A stretch of 64,000 bases of DNA, taken from the NCBI GenBank assembly GCA_904063045.1, contig CAJFCJ010000004.1, positions 1,481,713 to 1,545,712 on the forward strand. The letters run 5' to 3'. The translations under genes and the position numbers were made by a program. Source of the DNA: Dimorphilus gyrociliatus (lineage: Eukaryota; Animalia; Annelida). Shown here piece by piece: positions 11,939 to 23,207 of the stretch. Under the pieces are notes generated by a model. That model made no database searches. It saw only the letters and a list, made by a program, of their open reading frames with translations, and was not told where the DNA came from. Within the stretch, counting starts at the first letter, position 1, and each line of letters begins with the position of its first letter.

Positions 11939-13354
11939 ATGGACGGAGAACTCTCTTCCGTATCCGCAACGTCGTTCGGTAGCCAATATTCGTTCTTCTC
12001 GATAAGCAGTGAAGAAGATGAGTCTAAGAAAAAGAGGAAAAAGCTGGATCTTTGCTTTTCTGAACCAACATCTTTAAAGGGACGCCGACTTCAAGCGATT
12101 AGATTAACATTGATACCTGTACTTCCTCTTATAGTTTTAAATGTTTTTATTATTTACAAAGTGGTGGATATTGTACATAAGTTGTCAAGAGAAGAGCCCG
12201 ACGAGACATATCTTCTATATAGAAGGTATTACTTGCAGAAATTGGAACTAATTTATCGATCACCGTCTGATAATTATCAGGAACGATATCTCTTATGTTG
12301 GGATATTGTTAAGGAATTAGATAAGACGGAGGAAGACTACTGCTTGTTTAATAAATCACTATCCTCACTTCAGTTTTTATTATCTGCAGTCGAAAAGGAA
12401 ATCGAAAATTCGCTCGAAAGCAGTCGTAGATCGTTTAAAATTGAACTTATTATACAAAGTCTTCTATTTTTAATCAATATTCCAATTTGTGTGTTCCTTT
12501 TCGTTAACTGCTCAGTTACGATAAGAAATCTCAAAATGGTTTCCAAGAATTTCTCTAATAGAGCGAACGAATTAAAGAAAGAGAGAAGAAAAACTGAATT
12601 GTTACTTAACGAAATGCTTCCTAAACTGGTTGCTAAGGCTCTGAGGTCAGGTAAGCCTGTTAGTGCCGAATTCTATCACTCAGTATCAATCATGTTTACG
12701 GATATCGCTAATTTCCAAGAAATCTCTAGTCTATCTAAACCAATGGATCTAATTACACTATTGAATAATGTCTACAATTTTATCGATGCCAAGATCGAAT
12801 TGCACGACGTTTATAAAGTAGAGACAGTTGGGAGCGTTTACATGGTAGCCGCAGGTGTTCCGATAAGATCGGATGGTCATGCAAAGGAAGTTGCCAACCT
12901 AGCTTTGGACGTAAAAGATGCTACAGAAGATTTCGTCATCCCTCACCTACCAGAAAGAAACCTGCTACTAAGAATTGGGGCTCACTGCGGTTCAGTAGTT
13001 GGTGGTGTAGTTGGTAACAAATGTCCCAGATATTGTTTGTTCGGAGATACGGTTAACACAGCCAGCAGGATGCAATCATCAGGATCCGGTTCAATTTTTA
13101 ATTAACCTTCATTGCTTTTGATTTAAGACTAATTTCGCTTTTCTTTAATAGCTGCCAAAATTCACGTATCGGGTGCATTTCAAGAAGCCCTAGCAAGCGC
13201 TGGCTGGTATGTACTTAAGTACAGAGGAGAAATTCAAGTAAAGGGCAAAGGAATAATGCAAACATATTGGTTAGAATCTACTTCGAAAACGTCTAAACGG
13301 AAAAATGTTAGAATGAAAGTCGAGCAAAAGACTCTTTTAGACGACGCTTGGTAA
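11939..13354 (+). CDS. Two-TM (NIT-GC-type) guanylate cyclase (exons 11939-13088, 13152-13354)
   Basis: Two hydrophobic helices, coiled coil 'ELKKERRKTELLLNEMLP', cyclase motifs FTDI, KVETVG, 'PRYCLFGDTVNTASRM' and 'VKGKG.MQTYWL'; E and C specificity residues indicate GTP. The donor at 13089 (GTTCAA) is weak but restores homology. Confidence 0.9.
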
Positions 13355-15382
13355 TTTTTAAACTGTAGATGGCGTTGTATTTAATATATGACGGAATACA
13401 AAAAGAGTACAAGATTTATGTTGAAATTTATTATGATAATCCGACCGCCAATAGCCATTTAACAGGCTTTTATTCAGTTCCTTATCTTAGGAACGTCTCA
13501 TTTCCAACGTTTGTCTAGTGATTATGAGAACGTATGAAATTTGGCTTGAGTTTTGCGAAAAACGGTAAGTGGCATGAGTTACACTAGAGACAGAGAATGA
13601 AAAGCGGAAAGGAAAGTGTAACGCCTATTACAATCCGCAATCCGCAATACGCAATCCGTTTGAAGTGTTCGGTCAGAAGTAAAATTAAAAGTACAGGAAG
13701 AGGCCGAGTGTCTGCTCCCCGTTGATCGAACGATCAAGTCCGAACGGAAGAGGCTTTTCGTCCGATTCTTTCGAGTGTTATGGGCGTCACTTTGATGGCC
13801 GCAATTTCACTGCATGCGTTCGATAATCGCGTGCAGAATAGGTAAAAACAATGAAAGTAAATAATCAGTTTGGGCGGAACACTCTGTCTTCATTTGATCT
13901 GTACGCGTTCCGCACGTAAAGCAGGCGTCAGGTGGCCGTCGAAGCTCTCACGATATAATTATGAGGACGATACGACTTTTCTTAATTATTCATTCGTTAT
14001 TTTCTTCATTTATTTTCCATCGCTTATCTGTTTTCCAAATCTTTTGATGGAAGAAAAGCCTTTTCTTTCCTCCATTCTTCGTTTTTTATCAATCAAAAGA
14101 AAAAAGCAGGTACCGAAGATCGATTATTCTCATTAATAAAGAAATCGTTTCGAAAAACGCAACATTCCCGTTATATACGCACGCCCGCAGTTCTGGACGC
14201 TTCAGGACGCCAGAGGCGGAAAAGGACGATTACGTCACCTTCAAAGCTACTTTACTTACAAATTTTCGCCTTACTACTATCATTTTTCTTGCTTTGGGCA
14301 AATTTTTAGACGGTATTTTCCAAACTTCTTCAATCTCTATGCACCAATTGACTAATACCAAATACTAACTTAAGTTCGTTTCGGCGGTTCTTAATGAGTG
14401 AATTGCTTAATCCCTTGTTAAGTGAAGGTTCTCCCCTTATACTCTCTTAAATATGGCCATAGGCAAAAAAAGCTATATGGAACATGAATTTCATACCGAT
14501 GCTCACTTTCTAAAAAACTCTTTAATGGATCTAAAAATATCAATTCGTCGTGTGCAAGAACGGCCACGTGCTGATGTCTCTTGTTAAGGGCCGTTCTTAC
14601 TTTATTTATAGTATTTTATTTCTTTGCTCTTCTTTTATTGTTGGTTGTACACGCGTGCAATAGAATATACAATCTAAACTGTATACCAAATATATAAAAT
14701 TTTACTGCTGTATCAATATATATATATATATATACTGTATATACAAAATATACGTACAGTCAGTTAACCGTGCTATACTTAGATAAAAAGTTTCATATTT
14801 GCAAAAACATGGGAGCTGAGTTTCATACATGATTTTCCTTTGATATTCTATTATTATTATCATTATTATTCCCCAGGTTCGACCTAAAAAAATCCAAACA
14901 TGTGTAAATAGGCTGTGTGCTATGATCTTAGAGATAAGGATGAAGAGATGAAGATGAGGGCATTTAGATTTTCTTCGTTTTTTTTTTTCAATTGATGTAT
15001 AACTTATTTTGCGTCTACGTAGACCTTTTTTTATTGTCTTTCTGAAATTAGGGACTTCACCGGTGATTAATTATGTTAATTGTCACCTCTACTCTGACGT
15101 CTGCCACTTTGATTGTTTTTTAAAGGGGTCAAATGCAATCTTTTTAAAAACACACGGTCACTTAGACTGTTTAATGAACGCTTCACTAAACCGGCGTGAG
15201 GACTGCGTAGATACTATACCGATTTTTAGCAGGTTTTTATTGCCTTTTATTATGAAGTTTTTCCTTTCTAACCTTTTGATAAAACACTTGACTATGAAAC
15301 TCTAATCGGTGTCTCAAATTGGCCTAGTACAACTGTCATTATACTTAAAATATAATTCAATACAGTAACGAACTGAATTGTG

Positions 15383-15502
15383 ATTGGTTGAGAAACGGCC
15401 AATCAGATATCACGTGATCCGCTTTCAATGCGCTTTGTTCCAATGCGCCCTATTCATTTGAGCCGGTGGCGCTGACCATATCAGCTGAGATGGAATGATT
15501 GG
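15383..15502. promoter_or_regulatory. CCAAT-box cluster plus E-box (candidate promoter)
   Basis: ATTGG 15383-15387, CCAAT 15399-15403, CACGTG 15411-15416, CCAAT 15440-15444, ATTGG 15498-15502. Confidence 0.5.
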
Positions 15503-16895
15503 TTTTTTGCTATAACTTTAATATTTTGTAACTTGTTAGACGGATATTTACCACCTAATGTTGTTTAAGGAATTTTAAACAGAGTCTTCATATAGGTTTG
15601 TACTGAATATCTGATTATTAAGTAACTTTAATCCCGCGTTAAACTCCATCAACCAGTGGATGCTAACGATCGTTTAGATTTACAAAAAAGTAGCAATTTT
15701 AGAGTATAGGATCTTGCGTGATTTAATTTTCTTATTTTTTTATCGTTATTAGTGTGCTTGAGAAATGTCTAATTAGCGTTTAATCAAAGTAAATACTTTA
15801 ACGACTGTTTGATTTAGAGCAGACGTAAAATTGTCCACTTTCACCAGTTTTCACGGTCACTCAATTTCCCGTTAATGGTTGTTATGTATACCTTTGTCCG
15901 CCATTTTGTTTTTCGTAAGATGGTAGGGAACTGATGGCAGGCGTTAACTGTATAGAAAGGGGGCTACTAATTCGACTTCGTTATTTATACACTCTCTAAC
16001 TAATAGGAATGGGTCTTAAGATTCCTATGCACTCAAAGAATGGGCGGATGTCGCGCGTAATTTAATTGAATAAAATTACGGATGCATTACGTAAGACGAT
16101 AAACGAACTTATTAGCCCAGAGAAGAAATGCAAACGTTTCGAGTAGTTAAATTTTGTATTACGATTAAAACTTACAAAAAAATAACCAATTGGAACAATT
16201 TGTTCCGCAGACACTTGAGTCAGATAAAGAAGGAGCAACTCAAGTGAAATAAAACTACAATAAGACGTAAAAAATGTAAACTTGCCCTTTACAACCTTAG
16301 AAAAAAAGCATATTGAAAAAAAAAATTTGGTATTGGCCTATTTCCGTGTCTCGTCATTGTTATTATTTCATACACCTGCATTGTAAATTTCAATTTCTTT
16401 TTATGTTTTCTTTACATTTTTATGCAAAGTCGCGAAAGTGTACGTAGACAATGAGCCCGGATGCGTTCCCGTTTGGTTGAAATAATTCAAATTCCATTTT
16501 ATTTTACTCGCATCGCTAAAAATGATCGAGCGGCTCGTTTAAACTCGATTAAGTTTAGAACCTGCCTAGTAATTTAGGTTCGGTGAAAAAAATGAATTCG
16601 ATGAATTTTATCTTTTTCGCTCCCTTCAATTAAAAGACGAGACAAGATTGTTTATCGTGAGAAATAGTATAGTTGAAGAAATGTTAAAGGGCATTAAAAA
16701 AATAAAGGGGAATGTAGATTGTTATTATTTGCCTTTCAAATGGAAAAATTTCTAGTTGAACGCTCGCGACCAAAGTAAAATAATCGTCTAGTTTCCTTTT
16801 ACTATACGCTTTTTTGGTTAAATAATAGAGTATGGGTCTGCATATTGAATAGGACTATTTAAACAAGTACTTATTTTCACAGCCGTTTGAACGAG

Positions 16896-19202
16896 ATGGA
16901 ACCGAAAGATGATTGCCTTAAAACGTCGTATTTCCAGACGAAGACGCGTATGGTAAGATATAATTGTACTATAATTACATTTCCATCACATTCGCTATCA
17001 TTAATTTGCGGTCGTGACGAGAAACAGACGCTACTATAATAAAATATAATCTGGCAGTTGTGGTATAACTATAAAGGGGAAAGCCATTGGAGGGAGGGGG
17101 CCGGGGCGTCAAGAAGAGAAAGAGGGGATAAAGAAAATTTCTGTGCGGTTGTCTTCCCACGCGCCGCTTTCGCTGGGCAAACGAGAGTTAGGGAACGATT
17201 TAAGTAAATACACAAATATTGACATTGTTTCGAACCGAAAGGATACTATATAGTTCGAGTATTGTTGACTCGATTGGGCGGGTAGGAAAGGGGGAGGGAA
17301 AGGCTATTATAAACACATGCATATGCATATGTCAACTCATATAGGTTCGCGTATTTTAAATCTTTTCAATTGCTTCTCTTCAAACAGTTGGAGATCGTGC
17401 AAGAAAGTCTTCGGATTAAACTCGAGGTCAACTCAATAAAAGAAGCCTTCCTAAATGTTTTGCAAATGCAAGATACATTTGAATCGAATGGTAGATTACC
17501 AAAAATAAAAACTTCTATTGACGAGGATTCTAGTCTACCAGCATCAAGAGCCCGTATTAGAGCCATGTACGAGGCGCGAAAAGCGCGGTTAAGAGCCCGT
17601 AACGCATACAAAAGGGATAAAGAGAACACCGACCCTGAATTGGAAGAAAAAATTACCAAAACACCTAATAGAAAGTGCACTTGTTCTGCTTCTAAAATTT
17701 CACCTAATGGCCGATTAACACCAATTAGAGAAGAGAGACAGAATAACAACAACGTTGTGGGTTATAGGGAGAAAAATTATTACAGCGACGGTGAATACGT
17801 GCAACTTAAACCTCCTGGCATACCTTCAAACGATTACGTGAATATTAGAACGGAAAATGCCGATGGCGCAGCAGAGGAAAGTAGTTTGTGGAATTGTTCT
17901 CCGGCTTCAGTCTTACGCACGAAATATGCTACCTCCGACGCTATTAATCAAATGTACCTATCGCCGAATAGTACTTTGCCGTCTTTGCACGAAATATCTG
18001 ATATTTCGAGATCGTCTGTTGACAGAAATACCTATCCTCTTCATTCGACACTCAATTATCCACTTCATTCTACTCTCATATCTGAGAATAGAACAACCGC
18101 AGCAGATAATTGTAAGAAACGCTTAGAAGAAGATGATAGTGTTAAAACACTTGACAAGGCTGCGATAAGAAGCGATAGCTTTAGCGGTAGTTCAACTTCT
18201 AGGAGTTCCAGTTCAGGCTCCGCAGCACCGGGATTGTGCAAAGAGCACGGTTTGCATCCTACTTTCGGTGGCCCTTGTATATTTGAACATATTAGACCGA
18301 ATAATTCTGATGATGCGGACGATGAACGAGAAGATGTACTGGAAAATAACAAACTCTTGGTTCCCACCGATTACGATAGTTCATACTTAAGTGAATGCGC
18401 CGACACAGAAGATCACTTGAGCGATCACCACGATGTTATTCATGTTTACGATTCCACTGTCGCCCGTATGCGTGTGCTACGTAGACAAACTGGACAAACC
18501 TCTTTGGGCGGGCACCCCAGGGGAATGATCGGGCTCTCTGAATCTGATTTGTTCGAGTCATCAAAGGCTTCGAAATCATCTGTTAACGCAACAAGAGACT
18601 CTAAGGAACCTCAGCGGCCTCTATCTATTGCAACAACAACTACATCAAATACAGATAGTCCAGAATCAAATCAATCTCCAATAGCACCGGTTAACTCACC
18701 TAATGTAAGTTGATAATTACTTTAACAGAATATCTTCTTTGTTCAGACGCTAATAAAATACACATTGCGTTATTCGATACAGATAACTGATTCCGGTTCA
18801 AGCAGACCCACCACTGATAATTACGAATATTACGATGTCGAACAGCCAACGTTCAACACCATTCCTCATATTGCCAGAAAGATATTAAAATATGATAAAT
18901 TAAATGGAAATCTCTGTCAACGTATTAAACGTGATGAACATGGACAGTTCAGAGTTCCTGAAATTCCAACTGTTCGCAGGAAACCTAGAAGGAGTGAAGC
19001 TACTTGGACAAGAGAGGATGAAGACCATATATACTTTTACGATAAGCATGGTTTACCAAAGGCCGCTCTTAGACAGAATAATGATAAAAGGTTACCGAAA
19101 AGAAGGAAAAGGGAGATACGTAAACGATTGGAACTTTTCAATTCTAATTTACATCAAAGGACTAGTGCAAATTTTTCAATTAAAGTTCTTGGTGAGGTTT
19201 AA
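16896..19202 (+). CDS. Uncharacterised, largely disordered protein (exons about 16896-16952, 17388-18704, 18747-19202; an extra 5' exon is possible)
   Basis: Long Ser/Asp-rich ORFs joined by in-phase GTAAGA/CAG and GTAAGT/CAG introns; no domain recognised. Confidence 0.6.
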
Positions 19203-19323
19203 ATTGTAAAGAACAGTAAACAAACTATTCTTCTTTTCCTGCATGTGTTCTTTCTTGTTCTTTAAGCATTTAAAGAAATTTTTTATAAATATATTCTAAC
19301 GCCATCTAACGAATATTTTTTTA

Positions 19324-22300
19324 CTACGCTCCCAGTTTGTTTAATGCTTTTCCAAGGACTTCTATTGTGTCGTTGGCAGTCCTTATTTTTGCTTCAGCAT
19401 AGAGGCTAAGGGCATCTTCGTATGCTTGCAATTTTTGTCGATGGAAGAGAAATAACTAATTTAAAAATACAGATAGTTAAGTTTTGGTAATATGGTATCA
19501 AGCGAATATTATACAGACTTCCTTTTTAGCAACGTCTGAGAAATGTTCCAAATCCTTCTCAACGGCATCTTTTCTTTCATTAGCCTATATATTTTGACAA
19601 AACAGTCAAAATACGAAAAAATATGTCATTAATTTTCTTCTATTTAACTTAATAAACGTTTAAAAGAGATGCTTTCTTTCATCAGTTATGATTCATCGAC
19701 GCCGAGCACCAGGTAGCAATCAATGACATTGATCACGTGGTTTAATATAGCCAATGGAGAGCGTCGACTGCAATCATTCCTGCCGTATAGGTGTATACAC
19801 GCTGTACGTATTGCAGCTGTTGCTAGAAAATATCTTGTAAAATACTGCTACGGAATACAAAAAATAAATAAAAAATCACTATAAAAACTGCTCATCAGAA
19901 AAGATTTATGGGCTTAGAGAAGATGTCTGAATCGAGTTATGTCTACAACGATTCTGAATACCACTCTACCACCTCCACCAACTGAAAGGACGATTGCCGG
20001 TCTAACGATTGAGACTTTCTCATTTATTTTACTAGCCATTGGCGGTTCTGGCCCTATAATTTTCCTGATCATACTAGCTATTATTCTACGACTGAAACGG
20101 AGCCGAAAATTGAAAACGGAGTACTTTTCTAATCGCCCGAAAATGTTACATGCTCATGAACTGTCAGCCGTTGAAGAACATTTAAGCAGTAAAGCAGAGG
20201 CTATGCTAAATGGGCAAATTCCAAATGGAAACGTTCAATCACTTCATAACCCAGAAGTTTTCTTTGTTCGAGCTTCGCCAGTCTCTCCACCACCACCCCC
20301 TCCGCCTACTAAATCAATACAACGTCGTCCTAGTATAGGACCCGAAGAAAGGAAAGCTCTGGAATGCTTCAATGAAATCTATGAAGGTTTTGATGACAGC
20401 GAACCTCCAACACCCGTCCGCAGCAATATGATAACATTAGCTGAGGTGCATGAACAACCAAAACATAGGACAATAATAAATGTAACAGAATCAGGTGCTT
20501 ATGACAATATAGCATATTCAAGTTAGCTGTCTGTATATATGGTGAGAAAAAAAAATACTTACAACAACCAAACCACCCGGTTTAGCTTTAGCCAAATTAG
20601 CGTTTGCTTCTTCATAATCCATCAATAAAACTGTTCTATCGTTAAGTATTTCCTAGAATGATAGGAAAGAAGAAAATGTCATTATTTTTTACTTTTGACA
20701 ATATCATTCTACGGATAAAAAATATTTGGACTTGTACACCTTCATAATTTCTTTGTTTTTTTTTTATTTTTCAATAAATAATGCTCAAAACTCCCTATAT
20801 AGGGTTGACATTTTACGTATCGACAATTTTGGTGATTTATATGACATAAATATATCTTTGAACGGGTAATCACGGCGTAACGATAACCGGAAATGGCATG
20901 ATAAAATTGAACAGTCGTCAGACGAAAAAGGTTGGCCATAAAGTATTTGGAATTGGTTTATAAACATCCTATTTGGGTGGTGATTGAAAAGGAAATTTTA
21001 TTTATGCAAACTCTCCTAATCTATAAAAATACGCGCTCCATTAGGTTTTGAATGGGAAAACAATATAACGGAAAGGGTTTTCGTCTAACTAGACTGTCGG
21101 ATCATATAAGACATACCAGGAAAGAGTGAAAGAGACGGAAGTTAGTAAAAAGTTGGGGCGTTGTCATATACTTTCAGTAGATGCAAAATAAAGGTCTTTG
21201 CTCATGACAAAAGCATGTTCTAATTCTATAATTATAGGCGACTAAATCGGACGAACATTGCCCATCTGGACGAGAAAATTTTACAATGCAACTCTCAATT
21301 AGACCCTTACGTAATCAGAGGCTTTAGAGATTGATGCTTCGCCCTAGTGGGTCTTCTATCGAATTCCGGAAGTGGTTTTTCAGAGTAAATATGTGTTCAA
21401 GTTTGACATTAACTCTCTATTTAAGAGTCTATTATTCTTCCATAGACTCCCTCACTCTACTAAAGAGATTAAAACTAACAATTCAATAGCCCTTCCTCAT
21501 TAGAGATTCCCTCATCATTATAATTACTTGTTAGGGAACAAATTTAAACATATTGAGTCTTGTATAACGGTAAAATAATCTGGCAGTTGGCGTGTGTCAT
21601 ACTATAGGGGTGAAAACAATTATTCATCATACTCCAAAGGGTGATTCATGAGTACTATGTTAATGAGTGTACAAATTAATTTTACTCTAATCAAAAGGCT
21701 TGTGTTATTTGTAAAATTAATCATCTATTTTGTAAAATGCTTACTTGACAAGAGTCCACGTATCTGTTATATAAATCCAGATGAAATCCAAAGGTATATT
21801 CATCGTTGTATATGCCAACAGAAATGCATTTTTGCAAACTTTGAAGGATTGTTGATATTTCATTGAAAATCCTATAGTATACAGTAAATATATATATATA
21901 CAGTATATAAATGTATATTAAATATATGTATATATTTATATTTTATGTAAATATTTTTCAGAATAGAACTAAAAGTTCTATTTCAATAAATTATTAGTAT
22001 TGTAAGCTTACAGAGTTTCATTTTTGTTAACGAGAGATTCGCAGGAATTGATTAGATTAAATTGTGACGCCATTTCGTGATAGGAATGTAAAACACCTGA
22101 AAATTTAAAAACAGTCCATTCAAACTAATACGCTGAGAAAGGTTTAGTTATATATTTATTTCGAGAATCTTTACTGACGTTGTTCAGCATTTTTATAAGC
22201 CGAGTAATCCTGTAACGATAAAATTTTCATCATTAATTTTTTAACAGATTTATAGGCTTACGTTTAAGGCTTGACTAATGTACTCTTTGTAATTGGTCAT

Positions 22301-22959
22301 CCAAACCCGTTGGTAAGCAAAATAGTCGTCGATGTCCTGTAAAATAACATATTTTCCAAAAAGACAATTGGCATTATTGTAAAATTACCGTATGATTGAA
22401 TTTTTTTGCGTCGACCATTTTAGATTTTATTCGGGAGATTGCCACGCAAGGCGGTGCTTTTTCCAAAGTTAAAAATCTATCTAATATAGGATCCGCTCCA
22501 AAAACTGGATGATCTATAAGAAGACTGAGATATTTTTCCAGACTTCTACAATCCTTTTCGTATTCATCCTTAATTACACATTTTAGACGCCTACCAAGCA
22601 TCTTTTTTGATTGCATTTGAGCTGATTTTGCATCAACTATAGGCCTGGCTGGTAATGGAGGTATAATCCGACATCGATTTTCATCTTTGACATTTATACA
22701 ATGATTTAAGTATTCAAAATCGTCATATTCGCGAACGGTTTCGAAATCTTCGCCGGTTGTTAGTGATTTAGTTATAATTTTAAAGAGAAGACGTTCACCA
22801 TCTTTTATAGCTTCAATTATTGCAACTGAAAATCGAGCAAAAAAAGGTCTCTTCGGTTCGATGGGAGTAGTTGGATCTGATGGATCATCCTGCAATAATA
22901 TTAATTAAAATTTTGCAATATATTACTGCTTTTTCTCTTAAAGTATTGGAATTTACCAT
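19324..22959 (-). CDS. SNX6: Sorting nexin 5/6/32-like PX-BAR protein (9 predicted exons)
   Basis: PX domain 'VREYDDFEYL..IIPPLPARP'; BAR segments 'DIDDYFAYQR', 'EILNDRTVLLMDYEEANANLAKAK' and 'LEHFSDVAKKELFLFHRQKLQAY' parallel SNX5/6. The first exon is the ATG alone (22957-22959). One exon is out of phase (see findings). Confidence 0.8.
19939..20526 (+). CDS. Intronless single-pass membrane protein (195 aa), nested antisense within an SNX intron
   Basis: Short Thr/Pro N-terminus with an N-glycosylation sequon (NTT), hydrophobic helix followed by RLKRSRK, Pro-rich and Tyr-containing tail; lies wholly within SNX intron 19586-20562. Confidence 0.75.
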   Translation: MSTTILNTTLPPPPTERTIAGLTIETFSFILLAIGGSGPIIFLIILAIILRLKRSRKLKTEYFSNRPKMLHAHELSAVEEHLSSKAEAMLNGQIPNGNVQSLHNPEVFFVRASPVSPPPPPPPTKSIQRRPSIGPEERKALECFNEIYEGFDDSEPPTPVRSNMITLAEVHEQPKHRTIINVTESGAYDNIAYSS

Positions 22960-23207
22960 ATTTGCCTAGGCAATGGAGAGAATTTTTTATAGCTATATGA
23001 ATCAAATCAAGAAAATTTCTTTCAAAAGTTATTTCTATCCAAAATAAGAATACAAGATCGAACAAAATTAAAATTCAATTTTTTCCAAAATAGTCCTATT
23101 CTCCAACACCAGTTTTTAGATATTAGAGAGAATATTAACAAGGTTTCCAGTTCATAAGCATTTTCCAGATCACTGTTGTCAAAGTGGAATATATTCCAGC
23201 CGTTGTC
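22960..23207. promoter_or_regulatory. Candidate bidirectional promoter (SNX / XRRA1)
   Basis: Divergent start codons 248 nt apart; X-box-like palindrome TTGCCTAGGCAA at 22962-22973. Confidence 0.5.

Noticed and set aside
11940-11952. TGGACGGAGAACT identical to the first 13 nt of miR-184
   Set aside because: It lies in the cyclase start codons, diverges after 13 nt and has no complementary arm for a hairpin.
13631-13658. Short CAATCCG tandem repeat (similar motif at about 51110)
   Set aside because: Too few copies and no spacers; not CRISPR-like and not supportable as an element.
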